In this document: piece after piece, positions 45,989-55,811 of the stretch | Layout: each line of letters starts with the position of its first letter | Numbering within the stretch: position 1 is the first letter of the stretch | From: Terriglobia bacterium | GTDB lineage: Bacteria; Acidobacteriota; Terriglobia; Terriglobales; Acidobacteriaceae | Assembly: GCA_963739375.1 (NCBI GenBank) | Contig: CAVUAF010000006.1 | Location: forward strand, 2,893 to 66,892 | Length of the DNA: 64,000 nucleotides | Direction: 5' to 3' | Notes under the pieces: model-generated | Told to the model about the DNA's origin: nothing | Databases searched by the model: none | Seen by the model: only the letters and a program-made list of their open reading frames with translations | Position numbers and translations under genes: made by a program

Positions 45989-47038
45989 CTAGCGGCCGAA
46001 AATCAGCAGGGTGAACGAGCCGGGAACCATTGGCGGCCGCGGCCGCGGGTTCTCCGCCGTCAATGCCGGCGCCGGACCAAACTCCGCGGTCACCAGGTAG
46101 ACCCGGTGGGTCTTGGGATCGAGCGTCATGGTGCGGGCGCCGCGCTGGGTGGCGACGTTCTCCACCACGGTGTACTTGTCGGCCGCGTCTTCGTGGGCCA
46201 CGGTCATGGTGCCGTCGCCGCAGGAGGCGAAGGCAAACCCGGTGCCGGGATCGAAGGCGTTGGCATCCACGCCGGTGCCGATCGGCACCGTGGCCACCAC
46301 CTTGCCGCTGCTGGCATCGACGACGGCCATCATCTTGTTGTGGCAGCCGGCAAACAGCCGCTTGTGCCGCACGTCAAACGCCAGGCCGGAAGGCTCCTCG
46401 CAGGGCGTCAGCGACCAGGTGTTCAGCACCTTCAGCGTCTTGGCATCGAACTCGACAATCTGGCTCTTGTCTTCGACGTTGACATACACCTTGCCGGCGC
46501 CATCGGCTTGCCCGGTTTCCGGCCTGCCACCGAGCGGGACGGTGCCGGCAATCGTGCCGGTCTTGGCGTCAATGGCGGTGGCGTCGTTGCTGCGCCCGTT
46601 GAAGGTGAAGATGCGCTTGGAGGCGGCATCGTAGAGGATGGCGTCCGGGTTCTGCCCCTCGATCTTCACCTCGGTGATGGGCTCCAGGGTCTGGAGATCG
46701 AAGATGGTCACGGAATTGGCGCGCCCGTTGCTGGTGAAGCCGCGGTTGAATTCCGTCGCCAGGGCGACGCCGTGCACCCCCAGCGTGTTCAGGATGTCGC
46801 CCAGCACCTTGCCGTCAGCGTCGGTGACCATGGTATGGGTGCCGCGGGAGATGAAGACGCGCTTGCTAGCGGCATCAAAGTACAGGTAGTCCCAGCCGCC
46901 TTCGCCGCCGATCGTGACCTTCTTTTCCAGCTTGTACCCGGAGCCTTCCGGGGCCGCGCTGGCACTGCCGAGCAACAGCACGCAACAGGCTATGAGGAGA
47001 AACACCAGGGCAATCGCTTGCCGGGAACGGACACGCAT
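45989..47038 (-). CDS. YncE/YVTN-type beta-propeller repeat protein with signal peptide
   Basis: Signal or TM segment, then a seven-blade-like repeat pattern (GGWDYLYFDAASKRVFIS..., NPDAILYDAASKRIFTFN..., PSGLAFDVRHKRLFAGC...). Confidence 0.8.
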   Translation of the reverse strand: MRVRSRQAIALVFLLIACCVLLLGSASAAPEGSGYKLEKKVTIGGEGGWDYLYFDAASKRVFISRGTHTMVTDADGKVLGDILNTLGVHGVALATEFNRGFTSNGRANSVTIFDLQTLEPITEVKIEGQNPDAILYDAASKRIFTFNGRSNDATAIDAKTGTIAGTVPLGGRPETGQADGAGKVYVNVEDKSQIVEFDAKTLKVLNTWSLTPCEEPSGLAFDVRHKRLFAGCHNKMMAVVDASSGKVVATVPIGTGVDANAFDPGTGFAFASCGDGTMTVAHEDAADKYTVVENVATQRGARTMTLDPKTHRVYLVTAEFGPAPALTAENPRPRPPMVPGSFTLLIFGR

Positions 47039-47074
47039 GGGCCACCTCCCGTGGCAGATGAATTGAATGGCAGA

Positions 47075-47434
47075 TCAGAATGGATGGATAGCCATGCCGA
47101 TGATGCGGCCGGCGGCATCGATCTGCAACTCCGCGGCGCAGTTTACCACCGCATCGCCGCTCATGCCGGGACGGCTGATGAACACGCGCGATTCTATCGC
47201 CTGCGCCTCGGGCGTCTTCTTGATCAAGGCCAGCGCATTGGTTTCGCGGCACGTTTTCGGCAATTGGAACGACAGGTCGGCCAAGTCGCCGTTCTCACAG
47301 ATGGAGAGCGACACCTCGACGGGCACGCGCGCCCGGATGTCGTCGTCGTCGATGCCGTCCTTGGTAAAGCACACAAAGTAGCGGAAACGCCCGCGCTCGG
47401 GGTCAAAGTCGCCGCGTTCGATGTGAAAAGGCAT
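47075..47434 (-). CDS. Hypothetical protein
   Basis: 119-aa ORF (MPFHIERGDFDPERG...) immediately upstream of the YncE-like gene on the same strand. ATG at 47434 within track ORF 47075..47596. Confidence 0.55.
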   Translation of the reverse strand: MPFHIERGDFDPERGRFRYFVCFTKDGIDDDDIRARVPVEVSLSICENGDLADLSFQLPKTCRETNALALIKKTPEAQAIESRVFISRPGMSGDAVVNCAAELQIDAAGRIIGMAIHPF

Positions 47435-47486
47435 GGGTCTCCTGCAGCGCTGGCCGGCGGCGAGGCCGCCCTTCCTGCCTTCATTA

Positions 47487-47515
47487 TTACCATAGCCGCG
47501 GGCGCGGGCTACAAT
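47487..47515 (+). promoter_or_regulatory. Putative promoter (TTACCA-17 nt-TACAAT)
   Basis: -35 at 47487..47492 and -10 at 47510..47515. The predicted transcription start falls at or near the in-frame GTG at 47522. Confidence 0.4.
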
Positions 47516-47530
47516 CCGCCGGTGCAGGTC

Positions 47531-48460
47531 ATGGTTACCGGCGGTAGCGGGTTCGTGGGCAGCCACCTGCTGGAGCGGTTGGTGGCCGATGGCCACCGTG
47601 TCCGCGAGTTAGTGCGCAGTCACGGGCGACAGCGAGGTACGGCCCTGGCGTACGCGGGCGCCGCAGCGCGGGCCTTGAGGGACGGTCGGCTCGAACTCGT
47701 CCTGGGCGACGTGGTCAGCGGCGCCGGCCTTGACGATGCCCTGCGCGGCTGCGATGCGGTGATTCATCTGGTCGGCATCATCATGGAGACGCGCGGGGCC
47801 ACGTTTGACCAGGTCCACGCGCAGGGCACGTGCAATGTAGTGGCCGCGGCGCAACGCGCGGGCATCAAGCGGTTCGTGCAGATGTCGGCGCTGGGCGCGC
47901 GCGCTGACGGCGTGAGCGGCTACCAGACCTCGAAATTCGCCGGCGAAGAGGCGGTGCGCGGCAGCGGGCTGCCGTTTGTCATCCTGCGCCCCTCCATCAT
48001 CTTCGGGCCGCGCGACGGCTTCGTGAACCAGATGGTGGACGTCATGAAGACCGCGCCCCTGCTGCGCCCCGTGCCGGGAAATGGGCAGTATCGCTTTCGC
48101 CCGGTGTGGATCGGCGACGTGGTGGAGTGCTTCGTGCAGGCGCTCACCAGCGAGAAGGCGCTGCGCCAGACCCTCGACGTGGTGGGTCCCGACGAGCTCA
48201 CGCTGGAGCAGTTGCTGGCCGAGGTTGCCGCCTGTGTCGGCGTGCGCAAGCGGGCAGTGAAGGTTCCCTTCCCCATCATGTATCTCAACGCCATGATCCT
48301 GGGGGCGATCCTGCCGCGCCCGCCCGTCACCACCGACCAGTTGCGCATGCTGCGCGAGGGCTCCACCGCCGACCCGGCGCCGATGCGCGCGGCGTTCAAT
48401 CTGAATCCGGTGGGCTTCCGCGAAGGTCTAAACAAGTACCTATGCCGGCCGGCAAGCTGA
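47531..48460 (+). CDS. NAD(P)-binding epimerase/NDUFA9-like (complex I intermediate-associated 39-kDa family) protein
   Basis: VTGGSGFVGSHL Rossmann motif and YQTSK catalytic-type motif. It is the 3' third of the 784-aa track ORF 46106..48460, whose 5' part is antisense to the YncE-like gene. Confidence 0.85.
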   Translation: MVTGGSGFVGSHLLERLVADGHRVRELVRSHGRQRGTALAYAGAAARALRDGRLELVLGDVVSGAGLDDALRGCDAVIHLVGIIMETRGATFDQVHAQGTCNVVAAAQRAGIKRFVQMSALGARADGVSGYQTSKFAGEEAVRGSGLPFVILRPSIIFGPRDGFVNQMVDVMKTAPLLRPVPGNGQYRFRPVWIGDVVECFVQALTSEKALRQTLDVVGPDELTLEQLLAEVAACVGVRKRAVKVPFPIMYLNAMILGAILPRPPVTTDQLRMLREGSTADPAPMRAAFNLNPVGFREGLNKYLCRPAS

Positions 48461-48855
48461 TCGTGTACCACGACGCCGCGTGCTCCTTCTGCCAGTGGGC
48501 GCAGACCCGGACCACGCGCTGGGACACCGCGCAGCGGCTGGAGTTTCGCGACTACCGCGCGCATGCCGCCGAAACTCCCTTCGCGCTGGCCGAGCTCAGC
48601 CGCCACATGCACGTGCGCACCCCCGACGGGCGATGGCACGTCGGTTTCTTCGGCTGGGGTGCCGTCCTGAAAGCGCTGCCGCGGTGGCGATGGCTCGGGC
48701 ACCTCCTGGCCTGGCCGCCGCTGCGCTGGCTCGGCCCTCCCGGCTACGCCCTGGTGGCGGGCAATCGTTACCGCATTCCGCGCCGGCTGTTGCGCTGGCT
48801 GGGAGCGCCGGAGCCTTGCCTGGCCACCCCGAAAGGCGCCCGCACGTGCGACTGA
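48442..48855 (+). CDS. Thiol-disulfide oxidoreductase DCC family protein (DUF393)
   Basis: VYHDAACSFCQW (DxxCxxC) motif. Overlaps the upstream gene by 19 nt. Confidence 0.8.
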   Translation: MPAGKLIVYHDAACSFCQWAQTRTTRWDTAQRLEFRDYRAHAAETPFALAELSRHMHVRTPDGRWHVGFFGWGAVLKALPRWRWLGHLLAWPPLRWLGPPGYALVAGNRYRIPRRLLRWLGAPEPCLATPKGARTCD

Positions 48856-49184
48856 GCGGGCGCGGGACCCCCTGCAAGTTTCCCCCTTTCCGGCGTTCTC
48901 CCGTTAACGGGGCCGTCTAAACGGACGCCCCCAACGCGACTTCGGATTCGGAGGTGATCTCGTTCCCCAGCCAGCCGACGCGGGCTTGCCGGGGCTTCGA
49001 AACGAAGACGCAAAGTGGCGCTTCCGGCTGTGGGTTCCATCTTCCCCTGGGCACGGGCCACGGCCGGAAGCCTCGCTAGCACTTGTGGCGGCAGCGTGGT
49101 TTTTTATTCTTGCGACGGATGCCATCGCGGGCGGGTATTCTGCATCTAATGAACCGGCAACAACGGCCAATTCAGGAGTTACCG

Positions 49185-50314
49185 ATGAAAGCGAAATCTT
49201 CGCTCAGCATCACCCTGGCGGTACTGCTGGCAGTGGCGTGGCTGGCGGGCTGTTCGCAACTGCTGCCGCGCAGCGACTCGCAGGTCGCGGCCGAGGTCCA
49301 GAACAAGATCAATGCCGACGCCAACGTGCCCAATAAGCAGATCACCGTCCGTGCCGAGAAGGGCACGGTGACCCTCACCGGGTTCGTGGGCAGCGAGGGT
49401 GAGCGCACCCTCGCGGCCAGCGACGCGGGCGCGGTCGCCGGCGTCAAGACCGTGATCAACAATCTCCAGGTGAGCGCCGCCGCCGCCGCCGTGGCTCCGG
49501 CCCCGGTGGCCGCAGCGCCCCCCATGGTGGCGCCACCGGCCGTGAGCGAGCCGGCTCCGGTGGCGGCCCCGGCGCCGCAGAGTGCGCGGCGTACCGATTC
49601 AACCGCAGTTTCGCCGCGGCGGGCGCCGGTAGCCAGTGCCCAGCCGAACCGTGAGTACCGCGCCGCAGCGCCTGCGTCCGCAGCCATCGAGCCACCGCCG
49701 GCAGCGGTAGCTCCTGCCGACGCGGTGGCGAACGCGGCCCCCGCAACTCCCGCAGTTCCGGTGGAACCGGCGCCGGTGACGGTGCCCGATGGCACGGTGC
49801 TGAACGTGCGCCTCATCGACGGCATTGACACTTCGCGCAGCCAGGCGGGCGAAGTCTTCCGCGGCACGCTCGACACGCCCGTCGTGGTGGGCGACAAGGT
49901 CGCGGTCCCGGCCGATGCCGATGTCACCGGCCGCATTGTCCAGGCGAAGCAGGCCGGGCACTACGCCGGGCAGTCGGCGCTGGCGCTGGAGCTGACGCAG
50001 ATCAGCTACAACGGCAAGACTACCAGATCAGCACCGAGCAGTTCCTCAAGCAGGGTTCTTCGCGCGGGAAGCGCACCGCCGGCACGGTGGGTGGCGGCGC
50101 GGTCCTGGGCGCCGTCCTCGGCGGCATCTTCGGCGGCGGCAAGGGTGCGGCCATCGGGGCGACCACGGGCGCGGGCGCCGGCGCCGGCGTCGAGGCCGTC
50201 ACCAAGCCCGAAGTGATCCGCCTGCCGTCGGAGTCGCTGGTCACCTTCAAGTTGCAGAACGCCGTCACGGTGACGCCGTCGAACGCGACGCGCGCCCGGC
50301 GCATGAATCCCTAA
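49185..50314 (+). pseudogene. BON domain lipoprotein with Ala/Pro-rich linker and Gly-zipper C-terminal domain; one frame change near 50019..50021
   Basis: Lipobox LAGCS. BON domain (VTLTGFVGSEGERTLAASDAGAVAGVKTVINNL). The reading frame switches between track ORFs 49083..50216 and 50087..50314 at ...NGK(T)/[14 protein letters not shown]... Confidence 0.75.
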
Positions 50315-50338
50315 TTTTCGGGCCCCCTCATTTGCGTG

Positions 50339-50368
50339 GACGCGGGCAACCTGCCCGCGTCTTTTTTT
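50339..50368 (+). terminator. Rho-independent terminator (GACGCGGGCA-acc-TGCCCGCGTC plus T7)
   Basis: Stem 50339..50348 / 50352..50361 and T-run 50362..50368. Confidence 0.85.
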
Positions 50369-50373
50369 GGAAG

Positions 50374-50445
50374 TCAGTGGGCCGCCTGGACCGCCACCGA
50401 GACGAACAGCAGAAGAAGCACCGCCACCACGCCCCAGACTTTCAT
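50374..50445 (-). CDS. Possible 23-aa hydrophobic micropeptide (MKVWGVVAVLLLLFVSVAVQAAH)
   Basis: ATG at 50445, TGA at 50374..50376. A TACAAT box (50458..50453, minus strand) 7 nt upstream would give a leaderless transcript. Below the ORF-track size cutoff. Confidence 0.25.
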   Translation of the reverse strand: MKVWGVVAVLLLLFVSVAVQAAH

Positions 50446-50533
50446 GGCCGCGATTGTAGCCGCCGCTGGCTGCGCCGCAGAACTGGAATCTCCGTCCGCT
50501 TCGCTCTGCTAAACTGAGAACCTACCTACTCGT

Positions 50534-50609
50534 GGGCGCGTAGCTCAGGCGGTAGAGCATCTGCCTTTTAAGCAGAGGGTCCCGGGTTCGAGTCCCGGCG
50601 CGCTCACCA
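50534..50609 (+). tRNA. tRNA-Lys (anticodon UUU), CCA encoded
   Basis: Cloverleaf read by eye: acceptor gggcgcg/cgcgctc, D arm gctc..gagc, anticodon stem tctgc/gcaga with loop cTTTTaa, T arm ccggg-ttcgagt-cccgg, discriminator A, CCA. Confidence 0.9.
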
Positions 50610-50635
50610 CGTCATCTTCCCACCAGCCTTACTCT

Positions 50636-51929
50636 TCACGCCGGCAGCGGCTGGCCGCGCGTTTCCACGCCCAGCGGCAGCAAGAGCAGTCCGATAGCGA
50701 AGGCGATGGCGGTCAGCGCCACCGGAACGCCGATGCTGCCGAAGCGCGCCACCCCGGCGCCCACCAGGAAGGTGATGGCGGCGCCGCCAAAGCGTCCCAC
50801 GGAAGTGGCGAAGGCAAAGGCGCTGGCCCGGCACGCGGTCGGGTATTGCTCCGGCAACCAGATGGTGTACACCGCGAAGTTGGCCCCGCCAAAGCCGATG
50901 AAGACCAGGCACAGCTCAGAACCAGGCGAGCGCCCGCGGCAGGTAGAAGACGTACCCGAAGCCGAGCGCAATGAAGACCAGCATCAGGCCAAAGAAGAGG
51001 GCGAGGGCGCCGCGGCGGCCGAGCCGGTCGCTGAGCGCGGGCGCAGCGAAGCACCCGAGCACCGTCGCCAGCGAGAGAATCACCGTCGCCTGCGAGGCCG
51101 CGCGTTGTGCCGCGCCCGCGCTGGCTCCGGCCTGCGTCGCCATATAGGTGACGGACGCGGGCACGTACACCGATCCCGCCCAGAGCCCCACGACGGAGAT
51201 GAAAACATAGACGCAATTCAGCAGGGTGCGGCGGCGCAGCGCGGGAGAGAACAACAGTGCCAGCGAACGGCGCAAGTGCTCGCCGGCGGCTTCTCGCGTC
51301 TGCTGCCAGCGCTCCGGTTCGTGGACGCCGCGGCGAATCCACGCCACCACCAGCGCCGGCGTGCCGCCGAGGGCGAACATGGCGCGCCACCCGTAGTGCG
51401 CCCCCACGGTGTAGTTGGCCAGCGCCGCCAGCAGGATGCCGAGGTAGTAGCCGGTGTGCATCAGGCCCGCGCCCCAGGCGCGACGTTCCTCGGGCCACTC
51501 TTCGGCAACGAAGGTGCCGCCCATCGCCCACTCGCCGCCGATCCCGATCCCGGCCAGAAAACGAAATGCCGCCAGCTGCCACATGTTCCCCGCCAGCGCT
51601 CCCGCAAAAGTGAAGACCGAGTACCACACCACCGTCAGCATCAGCATGCGGACGCGTCCGAAGCGATCGGCCAGCGGTCCCCAGAGCGAGGCAAAGCCCC
51701 AGCCCACCAGAAACAGCGCGAACAGAAGGCCGCCGTAATAGCCCTCGGCGGCGGGCGTAGCGGCGATGCCCGAGCGCGGCAGCAGGTCGCGCAGCGCCGG
51801 CACCATCACCAGCGCGTAGATGAACGAATCCATGCCGTCGAGCGTCCAACCGGTCCACGCGGCCCAGAAGCCGCGCACCTGGTTGCGGTCCAGCGCGGGA
51901 CGGGAGCGAGACAACAGCGAAGAGGGCAT
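50636..51929 (-). pseudogene. MFS transporter with one frame change near 50918
   Basis: N-terminal 11 TM helices in track ORF 50916..51971 (start ATG at 51929, MPSSLLS). The last helices continue in track ORF 50636..50971 (ELCLVFIGFGGANFAVYTIWLPEQYP...). Junction: ...ALAWF / (extra nt) / ELCLVF. Confidence 0.8.
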
Positions 51930-52099
51930 GCGGGCGCATTGTAGACCTGCGAGTCGGGAACGGGTAACCAACGGCGCGTTACTCGCGGACCACCTCGGAG
52001 ATGAGACGGACGTTGACCTGAGGCTGGTCCCTTGCTACCGTGGCGCTACCTCCCCTGCAATACTCTGCGCTGCCAGCTGCCGGGTTCGTGGAGAACGCA

Positions 52100-55000
52100 A
52101 TGCGTTTGCTGACCCGAGTTGAGCGTTTGCGAACGACCGTCTGGCTGATCGCCGCCGTGTTGCCGCTGGCAGCAACTGCTGCCCTGGCCCAATCGGCAGC
52201 AAGCCATGGGCAAGGCGGGCCCGGCGGAGTACCGACTCCGGCCGTGGACGCCGTGTGGCAGACCTCCGCGCCGCTGCGCAGCGCCAACGAACGAGCTCCC
52301 GAGCGGCTGGTGCCAGCACTCTCGCCCGCGCAGGTGGCGGCCAAGGCAGAAGCCAACCGCTGCGCCGCCTACCGGCGCGCCGGCGGCGTTGGCGAATGTG
52401 CACCGGCAACCGCGCAGCGAACGCTCAATCCCAGCGGCGACAGCGCGCCACTGCGCAGCGAGCGCCTGGCGCGCGCCATCGCCACGCCGTCCGTGTCGTT
52501 CACCGACCGCACGACCATCCCGGCTTACCTGTCGCCGTCCATTGCCGTGGGCCCCACGCGTATCTTGACCGCTTACTACATGAATTATCTTGCGGTGTAT
52601 GACAAGGTGGGGAATCTCCTGGCCCGAGCGACACCGAATTTCACCGGCTTGGCGGGCGTTGGGGGCGATGCCAGAGTGCTCTGGGACCCTTACCTCGCCC
52701 GTTTCTGGATGGTGGTCAACGGGAATGACGGCACGGTGGTGGCCATTGGTCTCTCCAACACCAGCGATCCCTTGCCGCTGAGCTCGAGCGGCTGGCGCAT
52801 GTGGTTGCTCAACATCCAGCAGGACGGCGGCACCAGCACTACGAATATCTGTGGGTTGCCGCAGATCGGCGTCGACACGCAGGCCGTCTACCTCGCCTGC
52901 GACATGATGAGCAGCAGCACGTTGGTGTTCCAGTACGCCAAGGTGCGGGTCATGTCGAAGTCGCAGTTTGTGAACAACACTTGCTGCGCCTGGTGGGACC
53001 GCTGGGGCATGACGGATGCCGACGGCGTCACCAAGTCGCGGACGCTGCTGCCGGCGCACATGGTGGGCGCCACCGACAGCGACGGCGAGTTCGTCGTGAA
53101 CTCCGACTTCGCCATTCAATCCAAGATCGAGGTGATGCGGATCACCAACCCGCTGAACTGCTGTACCAGCACCCCTTCCAGTCCGACCTTCGCCTTCGCC
53201 ACAGCCACGACGGCCGCCTGGAGCGTCTCCCCCGACGCCTCCCAGCCCGGCACCACGACCCTCATCGACACTGCGTTTCCGCAGCTCCGCTTCGCCCTGT
53301 GGCGGCGCGGCAAGCTCCTGACCGGACACAACGTCGGCTGTAACTCCGGCGCCGATTCCTGTCTCGGCGTCAAGGAAATCAACACCAGCTCCTACCCCTC
53401 CCTCACCATCATCAACGACTGGGACCTGGCGCAGACGGGCGTGGACCTCTACTACCCGGCCGCGGACGTGAACGGTCTGGGGCAGCGCACCCTGGTGTAC
53501 ACGCGCTCCGGTCCGACGGAACTGCCCTCGATGGCTATCGTCGGCATCCCCGACAGCGGTACCTGCACCCAGTGCATTGACGGGTCGGAAATCGTCGTCA
53601 AGGTCGGCGAGGCTAACTACGGCAGCTACCAGTGGGGCCCCTTCTTAGGCGCGACCGCCGATCCCGACGGGGTGGGAATCTGGGTGAACGGACTCTATGC
53701 GGCTTCGCCCGGGGCCACGGTGGGATCGCGCGTGGCCCTGACCTACGAGAGCGCGGCGCAAACGGTGTCCGCACCCGTCGCAACTTCGCTCGTGCCCAGT
53801 TCGGCGACCGCCGGTGGCGCCAGCCTCGGGCTCATCGTCAACGGTGGCAGCTTTGTGCCCTCCGCCATGGTGTTGTGGAACGGCTCGCCCCGCACCACCA
53901 CCTACGTGAGCAGCACGCAGCTCACCGCGCTGATCTCCGCGACGGACATCCAAAACCCGGGCACGGCGCAGGTGACGGTGCAGCAGGCCGGCCTGACCTC
54001 GGGTGCGCTTAGCTTCATCATCGGCGTCTCGGGGGTGAGTGTCACCAGCCTCTCGCCGAGTTCCGTTTTTGCCGTGGGCCCGGCCTTCACCCTGACGGTG
54101 AACGGCAGCGGCTTTGTCTCCGGCGCTACGGTGCTGTGGAATGGCGCCGCCCGCACCACTACCTTCATCAGCGGCACGCAGGTGACGGCCGCGATTTCGG
54201 CCGTCGACATTGCCACCCCGGGTTCCGCTACGGTGGCGGTGCGCGTTTCCCCCTTCGTGACCTCGAATACGGTGAGCTTCACCATCACGACGCCGACCCC
54301 GGTGATCAGCGCGCTGTCGCCGTCGTCGGTCCCGGTGGGCAGCGCCGCCTTTGTCTTGACGGTGAATGGCAGCGCCTTTGTCTCTGGCGCCACCGTGGTG
54401 TGGAACGGCTCCGACCGTACCACCACCTATCTCAGCAGCACCCAGCTGAGGACGACCATCACGGCCAGCGACGTGGCCACCGCGGGCACCTTCCCGGTCA
54501 CGGTGCGGCAGCCTAACAGCACCATCGTGTCGGCGGCCGTCCCCTTCAGCGTGGTCACCGTGAGCGCCACCATCAGCAGCCTCTCGCCGAGCACCATCGC
54601 CGCGGGCAGCGCCGGCTTCACCTTGACGGTGAACGGCAGCGGCTTCCTGTCGGGTTCGACCGTGCTGTGGAATGGCGCGCCGCGGACGACGGCGTTCGTC
54701 AGTGCCAACCAGATGACGGCGCAGATTCCGCCCACGGATATCGCGGTCGGAGGCACCGTCGCGGTGCAGGTGCGCCTGCCCAACAACGCCCTCAGCAACA
54801 CGGCCACCTTCACCATTACCAGCGGGGCGGCAGTCTTGACTTCGGTTTCGCCCGGCATTGTGGTGTTCGGGGGCGCGGCGTTCACGCTCACGGTGACCGG
54901 CCAGAACTTCGTGTCCGGGGCGTCGGTCTCGATCAGCGGCAACCCGCGCACGACCACGTTCCTCAGCTCGACGCAGTTGAACGCCAACATCCTGGCCGCC

Positions 55001-55810
55001 GACCTCACTACCTTTCAGGGGCCACGCCCGATTACGGTGACGAATCCGGCGTCGGCCGCCTCCAATACGGTCAACCTCCTGGTCAGCAACAGCGACACCG
55101 CCTACAACCTGAGCCAGTACGTGCCGCACATCCCGTATGGCGGCAGCTTTACCACCAAGCTGACCGTTACCAACCTGAGCGGCAGTTCGCCGGCGCCCTT
55201 TTTGATCCGTTATTACAACCAGAGCGGCGCCCTGCTTAAGACCGAGGGCTACCTGCTGAACGCGGCGCAGACGGTGCGGGTGAACATCACCGGCGGCAGC
55301 TCGACACTGACCCAATGGGCGGTCATCAGCACGCAGGCGACGCTGCTGGTGAACGCCTTCTTTGAGATCAACGGTGGCGGCGGGCCCACCAACGTGACCA
55401 ATACGATCGGGTTCAACGACCAGCCCAGCATGACCGACTTCTCGGTGCCGGTGGAGTTGCAGCCCTCGCCTGCGCCCGGCATCACTATCGGCATCGCGCT
55501 GGCCAATCCCAACGCCAGCAGCACCACCGTGACCCTGCAGCTGGTGGGCTGTATCCCGAACTGCGATGCGACGACCGGCGGCGTCGGGGTCGTGCTGGCG
55601 ACCGACACGGTGAACCTGAACCCGCTGGGGCAGCAAATCTACAGCCTGCAGGATGCGACGCGGCTGCCGAACATTGCCGCCCGTCTGCCCAACGGCAACT
55701 TCCTCGGGGTGTTGACGGTGCACGCGACCTCTCCCATTACGGCCATTGCCCTGGAGGACGACTTTGGACCGTTCTCCGCCATTCCCATCATGCCGGGACG
55801 TGCGAGGTGA
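52100..55810 (+). CDS. Giant secreted protein: unassigned ~540-aa N-terminal domain, 5 IPT/TIG-like repeats, unassigned ~230-aa C-terminal domain
   Basis: Signal peptide MRLLTRVERLRTTVWLIAAVLPLAATAALAQ. Five ~88-aa repeats of the form L.PSS...G...F.LTVNGSGFVSGATVLWNG..RTTTFVS.TQLTA.I.A.DIA..G...V.V. ATG at 52100. Confidence 0.85.
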   Translation: MRLLTRVERLRTTVWLIAAVLPLAATAALAQSAASHGQGGPGGVPTPAVDAVWQTSAPLRSANERAPERLVPALSPAQVAAKAEANRCAAYRRAGGVGECAPATAQRTLNPSGDSAPLRSERLARAIATPSVSFTDRTTIPAYLSPSIAVGPTRILTAYYMNYLAVYDKVGNLLARATPNFTGLAGVGGDARVLWDPYLARFWMVVNGNDGTVVAIGLSNTSDPLPLSSSGWRMWLLNIQQDGGTSTTNICGLPQIGVDTQAVYLACDMMSSSTLVFQYAKVRVMSKSQFVNNTCCAWWDRWGMTDADGVTKSRTLLPAHMVGATDSDGEFVVNSDFAIQSKIEVMRITNPLNCCTSTPSSPTFAFATATTAAWSVSPDASQPGTTTLIDTAFPQLRFALWRRGKLLTGHNVGCNSGADSCLGVKEINTSSYPSLTIINDWDLAQTGVDLYYPAADVNGLGQRTLVYTRSGPTELPSMAIVGIPDSGTCTQCIDGSEIVVKVGEANYGSYQWGPFLGATADPDGVGIWVNGLYAASPGATVGSRVALTYESAAQTVSAPVATSLVPSSATAGGASLGLIVNGGSFVPSAMVLWNGSPRTTTYVSSTQLTALISATDIQNPGTAQVTVQQAGLTSGALSFIIGVSGVSVTSLSPSSVFAVGPAFTLTVNGSGFVSGATVLWNGAARTTTFISGTQVTAAISAVDIATPGSATVAVRVSPFVTSNTVSFTITTPTPVISALSPSSVPVGSAAFVLTVNGSAFVSGATVVWNGSDRTTTYLSSTQLRTTITASDVATAGTFPVTVRQPNSTIVSAAVPFSVVTVSATISSLSPSTIAAGSAGFTLTVNGSGFLSGSTVLWNGAPRTTAFVSANQMTAQIPPTDIAVGGTVAVQVRLPNNALSNTATFTITSGAAVLTSVSPGIVVFGGAAFTLTVTGQNFVSGASVSISGNPRTTTFLSSTQLNANILAADLTTFQGPRPITVTNPASAASNTVNLLVSNSDTAYNLSQYVPHIPYGGSFTTKLTVTNLSGSSPAPFLIRYYNQSGALLKTEGYLLNAAQTVRVNITGGSSTLTQWAVISTQATLLVNAFFEINGGGGPTNVTNTIGFNDQPSMTDFSVPVELQPSPAPGITIGIALANPNASSTTVTLQLVGCIPNCDATTGGVGVVLATDTVNLNPLGQQIYSLQDATRLPNIAARLPNGNFLGVLTVHATSPITAIALEDDFGPFSAIPIMPGRAR

Positions 55811-55811
55811 T

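Noticed and set aside
46106-47530. 5' two-thirds of the 784-aa plus-strand ORF 46106..48460.
   Set aside because: This part is antisense to the YncE-like and 47075..47434 genes and has shadow-ORF composition. Only the part from the ATG at 47531 (VTGGSGFVGSHL) is a recognisable protein.
50534-50609. tRNA-Lys as an integration site of a genomic island or prophage.
   Set aside because: No integrase, recombinase or phage-like genes flank it. I saw no direct repeat of the tRNA 3' end nearby. The flanking genes are ordinary chromosomal genes.
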